Source: Alphaproteobacteria bacterium (GTDB lineage Bacteria > Pseudomonadota > Alphaproteobacteria > RF32 > CAG-239). Taken from it: 64,000 nucleotides of DNA. Made by a program: the position numbers and the translations under genes. Of this stretch, positions 56,201-64,000 are shown piece by piece. Location: contig JAFVFB010000032.1 in NCBI GenBank assembly GCA_017475705.1, positions 4,971 to 68,970 of the forward strand. Reading direction: 5' to 3'. The notes below the pieces were generated by a model. That model was not told the DNA's origin. It saw nothing but the letters and a program-made list of their open reading frames with translations, and made no database searches. Within the stretch, counting starts at the first letter, position 1; every line of letters starts with the position of its first letter.

Positions 56201-57330
56201 TATCCCCTTGGTCCGATACAGAGACAATATCAAATGTCGGTCCAGGCGGCGGCATTGGTCCTGGTGGCAGATATAATCCAAAACGTGCTGCGGTATTACA
56301 GCAGTTATATAACAGCCGCCGCCAAAATTTATCCGGCAAAGTGATTAATGGTAAAAGTGCCTCTGCTTACACTGGGTGGGAGAATGATTGGCGTTCAATT
56401 GGTTATGGCCGCAGTAATGAGAATACCTCAACATTACGTGTTGATATGAGTTTGATGATTACGGCAGACAAACCGATACCGGCAATATTGGCGCGTTCAG
56501 TTATTTCGCTGGGAGATGCGCCGGTAACAGCTATTGTTGAGCGAAATGTTTATGGTGATTCAGGGCGCAATGTTATCATTCCTGCCGGTAGCCGTATAAT
56601 AGGTGCAGTGGACGAAGGCGGAGCCTCCAATGGTCGGTTTGATGCGACCAGTGGTGGTTTAAAAATGGAAATTACATGGTACAGAATCATTCGTCCGGAT
56701 GGTATAGCATTTAATATCCGCGATGCCAAAACTGGCGATGCTGAAGGTCGTGGCGGAGGTGCTTTAGGTTATGTAGATGAACAGTTGCTTAAAAAGTATA
56801 CAGTTCCGCTTTTGGGTAGTGTAGCCACATCTGCTGTTGCTTATTTAATGGCGACCAATGAAGATGCGACAGGTGAAGTCGAGACCTCAAAGCAACAAGC
56901 AGCCTCAGATGCTCGCCAGAATTTCTTAGACAAGATGGATCAGATATTAAACAAGATAATAGAAAGCAAAGAGCAGATTCAGGCTGTGACATACATTCCT
57001 GCAGGTACGCGAGTGATTGTTTATCCGATGCGTGATTTGTGGCTAAGAACTATGGATAACATCAAGGGGGATGGTAAAAATGGTGCAGATAATAGAGATG
57101 GAGAGACCAAAAAAGTTCTGATAAGTTCTTCTAATAAAGAAAAAGATAAAAATGTCCAAGGGAACAACAATCGCAATAAAAATAATAACAATAATCGTTC
57201 GAAATCATCACAGAAGTCGAAAAATAATACAAATAATACTGGGGCTTTGCCGCCGCCATCAGCAGATGGCACTGGCGCAAAAATGCCAGAAGCGTCATCA
57301 GATGATGGCGAGATAGATTTAGACTTCTAG
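53185..57330 (+). CDS. VirB10/TrbI-family T4SS core protein with a ~850-aa N-terminal repeat extension; alternative TTG start at 53215
   Basis: C-terminal domain (about 56280-57060) with IPAILARSVISLGDAPVTAIVERNVYGDSGRNVIIPAGSRIIG ... ITWYRIIRPDGIAF ... GALGYVD ... IPAGTRVIVYPMRDL. Upstream is a Pro/Glu-rich linker. The N-terminal part repeats the G-x-(V/I)-I-G motif of the preceding gene. Confidence 0.8.
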   Translation: MKLPKIGGIDLQIRISKIGKIVMALFLVVQTQSIAYAADISAIDFNGDLLGKVIPDGSVISFEREAVGEVIGHITADGFVLSEDDELIGGIVPRGIVISTTNTILGKVNNDGSVTSANDSVIGKVLPSGLVVNNDYTIIGSVITSGLVYNDNGGIVGRISGNGRFYSLSGENNGFITSTGHVYSYAGTNNRASLVGRLIISKMVISFSGKFLGSISPDGKVVDLKKNVIGNIHANGFAYNADGEAIGHIVESGYAFNTDGSYIGVVSYNGEVTKRGEVVAQTSFGNRVIDKNGKIIGFSVPLNATANGPDGKYIGRINPNGNIVKARNVVGKISASGSVIDSQGKVIGQINQVGPLFDYLGQLRANATVDGTVMSLEGNEQGYMQKDVAYDHKEKEIGRLLQNYFNFDNKNTYIGVSGIGTSISYKGQQFTISPYGYLFNDSSTLEWSNYPLSSIYNSKGEIIGNIAGDGKLTDTATNIEGKLTGAGYFIDKANNLQGAVIKETYATDFSGQSLGYINQQNQLLNSADNIYARILPDGSVVENNIQSPKLLGRADNRAISISINGDYLGTNTLLGRVRKDSEEIGRISSNQYIVDNQGALYGKAIPFGAIVSAGCKFLGVVSDSGDARTAKGAYLGMILANNQVINDSEEVIGYIIKPQQVNGKNGEVIGIETPLGRVLNYDNQNLGCQDINGKIRGNQNEIIGQIIPIAPVMDFNNTIIGHTNFNKMVEDETGREIGYVDIEGGVRSLTDKQDIGVLMQYTVAFNENSTYLGRIDTAGNVIADGGDVIGHVNYDGSVTLNDGNQGFALYDLYVYDNQGHTVGYISKNGRVYSIMGDVKGAIYYGFVLDKKQNLIARGSRDYEIRDNNQTVIGTLGLDGVVTNSKNIEVGKLAENGNIIDSNGQVIAQANAYQYYHRFLKANQEPEENPIIEETIAPQPEEQQEFDASQRTVGITVSPSSGEDFEEEVVEEETPQPEPKTTEKKQPAKPKTNNSKWWQDVVSGVTISPWSDTETISNVGPGGGIGPGGRYNPKRAAVLQQLYNSRRQNLSGKVINGKSASAYTGWENDWRSIGYGRSNENTSTLRVDMSLMITADKPIPAILARSVISLGDAPVTAIVERNVYGDSGRNVIIPAGSRIIGAVDEGGASNGRFDATSGGLKMEITWYRIIRPDGIAFNIRDAKTGDAEGRGGGALGYVDEQLLKKYTVPLLGSVATSAVAYLMATNEDATGEVETSKQQAASDARQNFLDKMDQILNKIIESKEQIQAVTYIPAGTRVIVYPMRDLWLRTMDNIKGDGKNGADNRDGETKKVLISSSNKEKDKNVQGNNNRNKNNNNNRSKSSQKSKNNTNNTGALPPPSADGTGAKMPEASSDDGEIDLDF
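53320..55900 (+). repeat. Degenerate D-x-x-G-x-x-I-G repeat array inside the virB10-like gene
   Basis: Examples are DFNGDLLGKVIPDGSVISFEREAVGEVIGHITADGFVLSEDDELIGGIV. The periodicity persists, more loosely, to about aa 900. Confidence 0.7.
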
Positions 57331-57351
57331 TGTTACGGAGGGAAGTATGCA

Positions 57352-58332
57352 ATGGGAAAGCTTGAAGATCAAGTATTATGCTCAGTATTAAGACCGCTTG
57401 CCTATTGGTATGAGCAAGATAACATCGAAGAAGTAGCAATTAATCATCCTGGTGATATTTGGTTGCGTCTCAGGGGTAAACGCGCCTTTCCTTGGGTAAA
57501 CCAAAAAGATCCTAAGTTAACCCGAGAGTATCTTACCAATTTACTGCACATTATTGCGAATTTGACAGATCAGGAATTTGACCCGATAAGCGGTTCGCCT
57601 GTTGTTTATGCGCGCATTCCCGGAGGTCATCGTTTTACAGGGATTGCCGGTCGTAATATTGAGTATGATTTAGATGATGCTGCAACTGGGGGTATAGCGA
57701 TAACAATTCGTTTGCATGCCGAAGATGTAGCCTTTGGTTTCAGTGATTATGGCCTAGAGCAAGGCAAAGCTTTACAAGAGATAAATCCATTAAAAAATAT
57801 CAAAATTCCGGATGATGCCTATGAGCGTTTGCTATTAGCACTAAGAAGGGGCGACCATATATTAATTAGCGGTGGTACCGGTACAGGTAAAACAACATTA
57901 CTGAACAATTTAATAAAATTATTGGATATACATAAGCGCGTGATTACCGTAGAGGATACGCGGGAGCTAAATGTTCCGCACCCTAATCATGTTCATATTG
58001 TATTATCTCGTACTGAGCAGACCAACAGCATGGACTATTCTAAGGTGATAGATTTGATAGTCCGTTTCACGCCGGATGTTATCATCGGTGGTGAAATTTC
58101 CACCAGTAATGCCGCCGCCATATGGGAACTCATGGGGTCAGGTCATGATAACTGCCTTTCAACCATCCATGCAGAAAGTTCAACAGCAGCTTATGAAGCT
58201 TTTGTAAAGCGTATTATGCGTACGCAACCACATATAGATGTTGAAAAGACAATAGCTGAAATGCGTCGTCGTCTTCATGTTGTACAAATTGTACGCGATG
58301 GCAACATACGTGGTATAACAGAGATAACCTAG
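57352..58332 (+). CDS. VirB11-family T4SS ATPase
   Basis: Walker A SGGTGTGKTTLLN, Asp box TVEDTRELN, Walker B-like VIIGGEI, His box LSTIHAES. Confidence 0.9.
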   Translation: MGKLEDQVLCSVLRPLAYWYEQDNIEEVAINHPGDIWLRLRGKRAFPWVNQKDPKLTREYLTNLLHIIANLTDQEFDPISGSPVVYARIPGGHRFTGIAGRNIEYDLDDAATGGIAITIRLHAEDVAFGFSDYGLEQGKALQEINPLKNIKIPDDAYERLLLALRRGDHILISGGTGTGKTTLLNNLIKLLDIHKRVITVEDTRELNVPHPNHVHIVLSRTEQTNSMDYSKVIDLIVRFTPDVIIGGEISTSNAAAIWELMGSGHDNCLSTIHAESSTAAYEAFVKRIMRTQPHIDVEKTIAEMRRRLHVVQIVRDGNIRGITEIT

Positions 58333-58973
58333 TCAAGCAACTCAGCAACTTCTGCTTTAAGCTCATCTAAAAACAGATTTTTTTCGGAACTAGTTTTTAA
58401 TATAATGACATGCCCAGCCGTATGCTTAGAAAGTTTATCAGCAGTTTCACCAATCGTTTTCTCCAATTCTTTAGCACTGATTTTATCAATTTTTGTTAAA
58501 ACAATTTGTTAAGTAACGGCAGCTTTGTAGAGCATATCCATAATTTCCTCATCAATTTTTTTTATACCATGACGAGAATCAATCAACAGAAAAACACGTC
58601 GCAAGTTTGCACGCCCAACCAGATAAGTGTTAATCAATTTCTGCCAATTTTTAACAATATCTTTAGGTGCTTTTGCAAAGCCGTAACCCGGCAAATCTAC
58701 CACATAGATTTGACCATTCAGGTCGAAATAATTAAGTTGTTGCGTTCTACCGGGGGTAGATGAAGTTTTCGCAAGCTTTCGCTGCCCAAATAGGGCATTA
58801 ATTAAACTTGATTTTCCAACATTTGAGCGGCCAGCAAAAGCAATTTCAACTTTATCATCAGCAGGCAACTGTTTCAGGCTAGCCACACTAAGCATAAAAG
58901 TACAAGGTTTTCGAAACAATTCGATACCTTTTTTTAGACGCAGCAATTCCTCTTCATTATCTATTTCAGACAT
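58329..58973 (-). pseudogene. engB: GTP-binding protein EngB/YihA interrupted by an in-frame TAA at 58509-58511 (pseudogene, readthrough or sequence error)
   Basis: The upstream part has G1 [14 protein letters not shown] and G3 DLPGYG. After the TAA the same frame continues QIVLTKIDKISAKELEKTIGETADKLSKHTAGHVIILKTSSEKNLFLDELKAEVAELLD, which contains the G4 TKxD motif. Total length is about 213 aa, as in intact EngB. Confidence 0.8.
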
Positions 58974-60652
58974 TATTTTACTCCATTTTTATGCATAATA
59001 GCCTTTTGTTGAATAATCGAGAGAATATTACTTAGCGTCCAATATATAACCAAGCCAGAAGCAAAATGTCCGAGCATAAAAGTGAAGAAAACTGGCATTA
59101 ATGCAAACATTCTTGCCTGGTCTTTATTTACCGGCGCAGGGTTAAGTTTTTGTTGCATCCACATAGTGAGTCCCATAAAAATTGGCCACAATCCGATGTC
59201 GAGTATTCCTGGTACATAAATATGCAGCAGCTGAGATATTGTTAACGGGTCAGGTGCCGACAAATCTTTAATCCAACCGATAAAAGGTGCATGCCGTATT
59301 TCGATAGCAATATTTAATACTTTATACAAAGAAAAGAATACTGGAATTTGGATAAACATTGGCAAGCAACCAGCAGCCGGATTAATTTTTTCTTTTTTAT
59401 AGAGTTCCATAGTTGCTTGTTGGATAAGCATTTGGTTATTACCATATTTTTCATGGATTTCCAGCAGTTTTGGCTGCAATGCTTTCATTTTAGCCATACT
59501 CGTAAAAGATTTATTAGCAATTGGGAACATACAGAGTCTAAGCAATGCAGCAAAGAGCAATATTGCCCAGCCCATGTTTCCTAAAAATCCATATAAAAAG
59601 TCAAGAATATAAAAAAATGGTTTAGTTAAAAAGTAATACCAGCCAAAATCGACAGCCCGGTCAAAACTATGAATATTTTGTTGCTTAGCATAAGTATCGA
59701 GCAACTTTATTTCTTTTGCACCGGCAAAAATTTTATAGGAATAGGTTTTAGTTTGATGTGCAGGGATAACCAGCCGTTCACCTAAATAATCTGCCTGATA
59801 ATTATCATTACCATTATTTTTATAAGAAAATTGTGCTTTTTCTTTCCTGTCTAAGATAAGAGATGTAAACCAATACCGATCAGAAAAGCCGAGCCAACCA
59901 CCTTTTGTTTCAAAAGATTTACTTTTTTCTTTTTTAAAGTCAGCATACTTAAATTCTTTCAAAGTTTTATCAACCACACTGCTAAACCCTTCGTGCACAA
60001 CGGAACGTGGCGCATCATAATTAGCCATATTTTTGCTGATAAGCGCATAAGGGAAAATATCTATTTCTTGGTCAGAATTATTTTGGAGGGTGTCTTCTAC
60101 ATCAAACATATAGTTGTCATCAAGAGAGATTTTTCTAGTAATAATCAACCCATTTTTGTTGCGCCAAGAAAGCACCGCCGGATTGTCAGGGGTAAGCGTT
60201 TCTGCATCACTAACCCACATACTAGAGGAGTTAGGCAATACCACATTGTTATCTTGTGCCAACCATCCAAGGTCAATAAAGTAATGGTTAGCGGTTTGCG
60301 CCGGCTTAAGCAGTTCTATTTTAGCTGAATCATTATCAAGTTCAACATTGTATCGGGATAGATAGAGATTATCAAGGCGAGCCCCTTTCAGGCGTATAGA
60401 ACCTTTCACAGCATCGTTTTGGAAGGGCAGACGTGCATCTTTTGCTAAAACGCTTTGAGTATCTTTTAGCGCAATAGCATCTTCCGCTACGGTCACAAGG
60501 TTAGATGTATGGGGTGTATGGCTTTGTACCGTTTCACTAATTGTTTTAGTGGAGATATTTTGCGGAGTTAAACCAAAAAAGTGGTTCACCGCATAAATGG
60601 CAATAAAAGAAAGTAAAACAGCAAGTGCCAAAGATTTAAATTCATTATTCAT
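58973..60652 (-). CDS. yidC: Membrane protein insertase YidC
   Basis: N-terminal TM helix, a large periplasmic domain and a conserved C-terminal core ([17 protein letters not shown] ... [16 protein letters not shown]). Its stop overlaps the engB ATG (TAATG). Confidence 0.9.
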   Translation of the reverse strand: MNNEFKSLALAVLLSFIAIYAVNHFFGLTPQNISTKTISETVQSHTPHTSNLVTVAEDAIALKDTQSVLAKDARLPFQNDAVKGSIRLKGARLDNLYLSRYNVELDNDSAKIELLKPAQTANHYFIDLGWLAQDNNVVLPNSSSMWVSDAETLTPDNPAVLSWRNKNGLIITRKISLDDNYMFDVEDTLQNNSDQEIDIFPYALISKNMANYDAPRSVVHEGFSSVVDKTLKEFKYADFKKEKSKSFETKGGWLGFSDRYWFTSLILDRKEKAQFSYKNNGNDNYQADYLGERLVIPAHQTKTYSYKIFAGAKEIKLLDTYAKQQNIHSFDRAVDFGWYYFLTKPFFYILDFLYGFLGNMGWAILLFAALLRLCMFPIANKSFTSMAKMKALQPKLLEIHEKYGNNQMLIQQATMELYKKEKINPAAGCLPMFIQIPVFFSLYKVLNIAIEIRHAPFIGWIKDLSAPDPLTISQLLHIYVPGILDIGLWPIFMGLTMWMQQKLNPAPVNKDQARMFALMPVFFTFMLGHFASGLVIYWTLSNILSIIQQKAIMHKNGVK

Positions 60653-60733
60653 ATTATAAAACTCTCCCAACAACAAGTATTATCGACTAAAAGTAAAACA
60701 TTAGTAATATAAAAAAGAAAGAATGTAAAGCAT

Positions 60734-61018
60734 TTATCCGTGGTTAGTCTTATCAATTTTATGCTTTTTTTGCGGTTCTGGAACAGGGTCAAACCCAGAG
60801 CCTCCCCAAGGGTTGCATTTCAAAATTCGGCGTATTCCCAGATACAAACCATGCACGATACCATGCTTTTTTATTGCTTCTATCATATATTCCGAGCAAG
60901 TAGGCTGGAAGCGGCAAGCACAGGGTAACCACGGCGAGATGGCTTTTTTATAAAACAAGACTATCCCGATAAGAGCTCTTTGCACACAACTATAAAAAAT
61001 ATTAAATATTTTCATCAC
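60734..61018 (-). CDS. yidD: Membrane protein insertion efficiency factor YidD
   Basis: [31 protein letters not shown] motif. Confidence 0.85.
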   Translation of the reverse strand: MMKIFNIFYSCVQRALIGIVLFYKKAISPWLPCACRFQPTCSEYMIEAIKKHGIVHGLYLGIRRILKCNPWGGSGFDPVPEPQKKHKIDKTNHG

Positions 61019-61406
61019 CTACACCGCCAACATTTAAGGCTTTATCATCACAATTATGTTCGGTCTGATAATTTTTATTAATTTTTTTTAAGGCGTAGAT
61101 AGCATCTTTTTTTAACTCAGAAAAATCGCATGTTGCAGTGGAATTTCTTGCAATAAACACGTAATCAATATGAGCCAAGGCATAATGCGGCAAAAGCTCG
61201 CGAGCTATAGCACGCAGTCGGCGTTTACTTCTGTTTCTAACGACTGCTCCGCCAATTTTTTTTGTTGCAGTATATCCCACACGGATTATATCATCGTCAA
61301 ACAAACTATGAGCCGCCTGCAAAACCAGACTACGTGTAACAACATAATCTGCTGCGGCGACTCTTAGAAAATCTTTTCTTTTTTTAAAAGTAAGAAGTTT
61401 ACTCAT
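61002..61406 (-). CDS. rnpA: Ribonuclease P protein component
   Basis: Basic RNR-type motif [14 protein letters not shown]. It sits between rpmH and yidD. Confidence 0.85.
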   Translation of the reverse strand: MSKLLTFKKRKDFLRVAAADYVVTRSLVLQAAHSLFDDDIIRVGYTATKKIGGAVVRNRSKRRLRAIARELLPHYALAHIDYVFIARNSTATCDFSELKKDAIYALKKINKNYQTEHNCDDKALNVGGVGDENI

Positions 61407-61421
61407 TATTTGTTTTAAGGA

Positions 61422-61556
61422 TTAAGCAGAAAGCTTTTTCCGACCTCTTGCGCGGCGTGCAGCTAAAACTTTACGACCGCCGGCGGTAGCCATACGAGTA
61501 CGAAAACCATGACGGCGTGCTCTAACGAGTTTACTTGGTTGATAAGTTCTTTTCAT
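61422..61556 (-). CDS. rpmH: 50S ribosomal protein L34
   Basis: Hand translation of the minus strand gives [44 protein letters not shown] (44 aa). It is below the ORF-track length cutoff. Confidence 0.95.
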   Translation of the reverse strand: MKRTYQPSKLVRARRHGFRTRMATAGGRKVLAARRARGRKKLSA

Positions 61557-61627
61557 ATTAAAAATCTCCGGTTAATTTGTTATTTATTTAAAGGTTTTAA
61601 TCATAAAACCTCTCGGTTAGTGCTATG

Positions 61628-61656
61628 CTTATAAAATTAATTTAAAAATAAGTCAA
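61628..61656 (-). promoter_or_regulatory. Candidate sigma-70 promoter for rpmH-rnpA-yidD-yidC-engB
   Basis: The minus strand reads TTGACT, a 17-nt spacer, then TATAAG, about 70 nt upstream of the rpmH ATG. Confidence 0.35.
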
Positions 61657-61767
61657 CCATTTTTATGCAAAAACAATCACGACCAGTTTAAGCATAATAA
61701 AAAGCTTGAAAAATAAAATAAACATGGTATAAATAAAATATACATTTTGGAGGTTTACGTTCTTGCG

Positions 61768-62124
61768 ATGATTATAGATAGCAACAATGAAACACAAAAA
61801 AGTATCTTGACGAACAAGTGTTTTTATCAGACTACAGCGCGGATTATGCATGAGTTTGAAGAGAAGGGCTATGCTAACTCAGCAGATGAAACAGCAAAAG
61901 TCATTGCAGCCTATCATGATGTTGTTCAAAAAAAATCCAAAAATAATTTCAGTAAAGATTATAACGAGGCTTTTAAGAAGATAGATGAAGCCATCAAAAG
62001 TCTGGCAAATAAAGTTTATTATAGTTATGATAAGCAAAGTTTAGATTATGCCTACAAGTCTTTTGCAAAATTTGATTATATAAGTGCGATTATTGGTCGT
62101 CAGCACACCAAGAAAAAGCTGTAA
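61768..62124 (+). CDS. Hypothetical small protein
   Basis: 118-aa ORF from the ATG at 61768. Lys-rich and helical-looking. No recognisable motif. Confidence 0.3.
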   Translation: MIIDSNNETQKSILTNKCFYQTTARIMHEFEEKGYANSADETAKVIAAYHDVVQKKSKNNFSKDYNEAFKKIDEAIKSLANKVYYSYDKQSLDYAYKSFAKFDYISAIIGRQHTKKKL

Positions 62125-62231
62125 CTTTATCTCCCCCCTAAACCCTGTTAATTTCTTGCAAACATGGTTTGCCAAGAGTATATTTACGATTTACATTAGC
62201 TGCATAAAATATAACAATTGAGGAATAGCAA

Positions 62232-63206
62232 ATGTCACAGATTTCTGTTATTGGTAGTGGCCGTTGGGGTACATTTTTAGCATGGTATGCCGCAAATTAC
62301 TGTCATATGGATAGTGTAAAGATATATAGCAAGCCGGATGCTCCAGATTTTATAGAGCTAAAACAAACGCGCAAAAATCCCTATTTAAGCCTAACAGATA
62401 ATATGTTTTTATATGAAAACATAGCAGATGTCCTAGATAGCGATTTAATTATCATCTCGATTGGCAGTCAGCATGTCCGCTCCTTAGCGCGAGAATTAAA
62501 TGGATATGACATCGCTGGCAAAACATTTTTATTAGCAATGAAGGGGCTGGAAGAACCAAATGCTAAAATTTTAAGCACTGTTATGCGAGAAGAAATTACA
62601 CAGCCGATTCACATAGCGACCCTAGGTGGTCCAGGTCATGTACAAGATTATATGAAAAAAGTGCCGTCATGTGCGGTCATTGATAGTGATGAGGATATCA
62701 TAAAAGAACGCGTTGTCGCAACTTTGCAAAGTGAATTAATTAGGTTCTATTATGGAGCAGATTTTATTGGCAACCAAATAGGTGCAGCCTTAAAAAATGT
62801 CATTGGCATAGCCGCAGGCATATTGGATGGTCTGGAGTGGTATGGCCTAAAAGGGGCACTTATGGCGCGAGCACCAGTAGAAGTCGGTCGTTTTATTAAG
62901 CATTTTGGAGGCAATCCGATGACAGCATATGGTTTGTCTCATTTAGGTGATTATGAGGCAACATTATTTTCAAAACATAGCCATAATCGCATGTTCGGGG
63001 AGCTTTTGGCCAAAGGTGAAAGCTTCGGTAAATTAGCTGAGGGCTATTATACCTTAAAAGCTGTGAAAAATATTTCAGATAAAGAAAACATCAATATGCC
63101 GATTTGCCAAGCACTTTATAAAGCTGTTTATGAAGGTGCAGATGTAAAGCAAACAATTCGTGCGATGTTTAACCGAGATTTAAAGCAAGAATTTGAAAAA
63201 TTCTAA
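62232..63206 (+). CDS. gpsA: NAD(P)H-dependent glycerol-3-phosphate dehydrogenase (divergent)
   Basis: N-terminal Rossmann motif VIGSGRWGTFLA, mid-protein GPGHV, and ALKNVIGIAAGILDGL typical of GpsA. Confidence 0.8.
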   Translation: MSQISVIGSGRWGTFLAWYAANYCHMDSVKIYSKPDAPDFIELKQTRKNPYLSLTDNMFLYENIADVLDSDLIIISIGSQHVRSLARELNGYDIAGKTFLLAMKGLEEPNAKILSTVMREEITQPIHIATLGGPGHVQDYMKKVPSCAVIDSDEDIIKERVVATLQSELIRFYYGADFIGNQIGAALKNVIGIAAGILDGLEWYGLKGALMARAPVEVGRFIKHFGGNPMTAYGLSHLGDYEATLFSKHSHNRMFGELLAKGESFGKLAEGYYTLKAVKNISDKENINMPICQALYKAVYEGADVKQTIRAMFNRDLKQEFEKF

Positions 63207-63256
63207 ACCTCTTTTCGAGCAATTCTTGTCTAAACTAAATATCAAAAAGTTTTTTC

Positions 63257-63283
63257 TTGGCCGGTTACTAAACTACCGGCCAA
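63257..63283. terminator. Bidirectional rho-independent terminator between gpsA and the convergent small gene
   Basis: Perfect 9-bp stem TTGGCCGGT / ACCGGCCAA with a 9-nt loop. A-rich upstream (TCAAAAAG) and T-runs downstream (CTTTTAGTTTTT). Confidence 0.6.
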
Positions 63284-63286
63284 CTT

Positions 63287-63490
63287 TTAGTTTTTATCGT
63301 TTCTCTTTCTAGATGCTGTTTTCTCTTTAGCAACAGCCTGTGCTTTTTCCTTTAATTCTTTAGATACTTTCTTTCCTGTCTCCACCATATGAGGAACTTC
63401 ATTCCTAAATTTACTGAACAACTCTGGCAATCTTTCCGCGTTATATATAGCGATAACCACAATAGCAGCCAAAATCCAAACCATCAACAT
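63287..63490 (-). CDS. Small membrane protein, possibly a degenerate TatA/TatE-like translocase subunit
   Basis: 67 aa: an N-terminal TM helix VWILAAIVVIAIY followed by an amphipathic segment AERLPELFSKFRN and a charged tail. The canonical FG hinge is missing. Confidence 0.4.
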   Translation of the reverse strand: MLMVWILAAIVVIAIYNAERLPELFSKFRNEVPHMVETGKKVSKELKEKAQAVAKEKTASRKRNDKN

Positions 63491-64000
63491 TCTCCTTTTT
63501 CAATCATTTTATTAAGCACTTCAGTTGCGTCATACACATATGTTTCATCAAGTTTTCTCTTAAATCTCTGATTATACATTTTTCTAACCAGAGAAATGTC
63601 CTCAATTTTGCCTTTATTATGGATAATTTTTTTTATTTTATCAAATCTTATTAATGCGTTATCCGTCAAAAAACGGCCATCTTTGCAAAGATATGTAAGC
63701 TCATCAATTTTTCCGGAGCAATAGCATATGGCATCTAATCCAGCCTCCCAACATTTTTCGGCTCGTGTCAAGATAGAGCCATTTAAGGCATGCATATCGA
63801 TGGCATCACTAATTAAAAAGCCGTCAAATTGTAATAATTCGCGCAAAATAAGCTGCACGCAAGTTCTGGACATAGACACGGGTAATTTAGCATCAATATT
63901 TTTGAGCACAACATGAGAGGACATTGCCAAAGGGTAATGGCAAAAATTTCTCAAATAGCTTATTTGTTCAAAGATAGCATTTTTTGACGCGCCAATCACA
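63484..64000 (-). CDS. nagZ: Beta-N-acetylhexosaminidase (NagZ, GH3), C-terminal part; the 5' end lies outside the window
   Basis: LILRELLQFDGFLISDAIDMHAL and EAGLDAICYC resemble the GH3 NagZ core. The ORF runs off the window edge. Confidence 0.65.
   Translation of the reverse strand, partial: VIGASKNAIFEQISYLRNFCHYPLAMSSHVVLKNIDAKLPVSMSRTCVQLILRELLQFDGFLISDAIDMHALNGSILTRAEKCWEAGLDAICYCSGKIDELTYLCKDGRFLTDNALIRFDKIKKIIHNKGKIEDISLVRKMYNQRFKRKLDETYVYDATEVLNKMIEKGEC

Noticed and set aside
46614-57330. The 2199-aa and 1381-aa repeat ORFs as one giant gene split by a frameshift error.
   Set aside because: The second ORF has its own Shine-Dalgarno sequence (GGAGGG) and a signal-peptide-like N-terminus immediately after the overlap. 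The first ends outside a repeat unit. This cannot be fully excluded without read data.
16926-58332. Interpreting the locus as an integrative conjugative element or prophage-like island.
   Set aside because: The window shows no integrase, relaxase, coupling protein, oriT-like repeat, tRNA or flanking direct repeats. The only recombinase (xerD, 12442-13341) is 3.6 kb outside the locus among housekeeping genes and has housekeeping XerD features.
61557-61767. A possible replication origin next to rpmH-rnpA-yidC, the classic oriC neighbourhood.
   Set aside because: No dnaA gene is adjacent, and I see no DnaA-box cluster in the 210-nt spacer. The region is adequately explained by an rpmH promoter.

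Overview
This is an AT-rich bacterial chromosome segment. The gene content points to an alphaproteobacterium: addA/addB, a split F0 operon atpI-B-E-F'-F, rpmH-rnpA-yidD-yidC-engB, and an rvh-like virB8-B7-B8-B9-B10-B11 order. A Rickettsiales/Holosporales-like intracellular lineage is my inference only. All family calls come from reading the supplied translations for motifs; no searches were run.

Positions 1-16.9 kb and 58.3-64 kb hold ordinary housekeeping genes: uvrC, pgsA, an OmpR/EnvZ-type pair, trxA, addAB, rdgB, rph, aroK, xerD, a dsbA-like gene, the atp F0 genes, engB, yidC, yidD, rnpA, rpmH, gpsA and nagZ.

Between them lies a ~41 kb accessory locus, flush against atpF on the left and engB on the right. 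It consists of two divergently transcribed operons around a 280-bp AT-rich control region.

(i) Minus strand, 16926-27148. This is an IncI/R64 thin-pilus-like type IVb module: a PilL-like lipoprotein, a PilN-type secretin, PilO-like and PilP-like proteins, a GspE-type ATPase, a GspF-type platform and a non-canonical pilin-like protein. No prepilin peptidase is present.

(ii) Plus strand, 27428-58332. This is a strongly derived VirB-type T4SS. It has three VirB2 domains (one gene is a tandem fusion), VirB3 and VirB4. Five Sec-signal helical proteins (up to 1812 aa) sit where VirB5/VirB6 would be. Then come VirB8-VirB7-VirB8 and a VirB9 fused to a SPOR-like domain. Next is a 2199-aa membrane-anchored protein built almost entirely of ~10-aa D-x-x-G-x-x-I-G repeats, followed by a 1381-aa VirB10 carrying ~850 aa of the same repeat, and VirB11.

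No VirB6, VirD4, VirB1, relaxase, integrase or tRNA is visible. This composite locus is the candidate undescribed system. Separately, engB carries an in-frame TAA.
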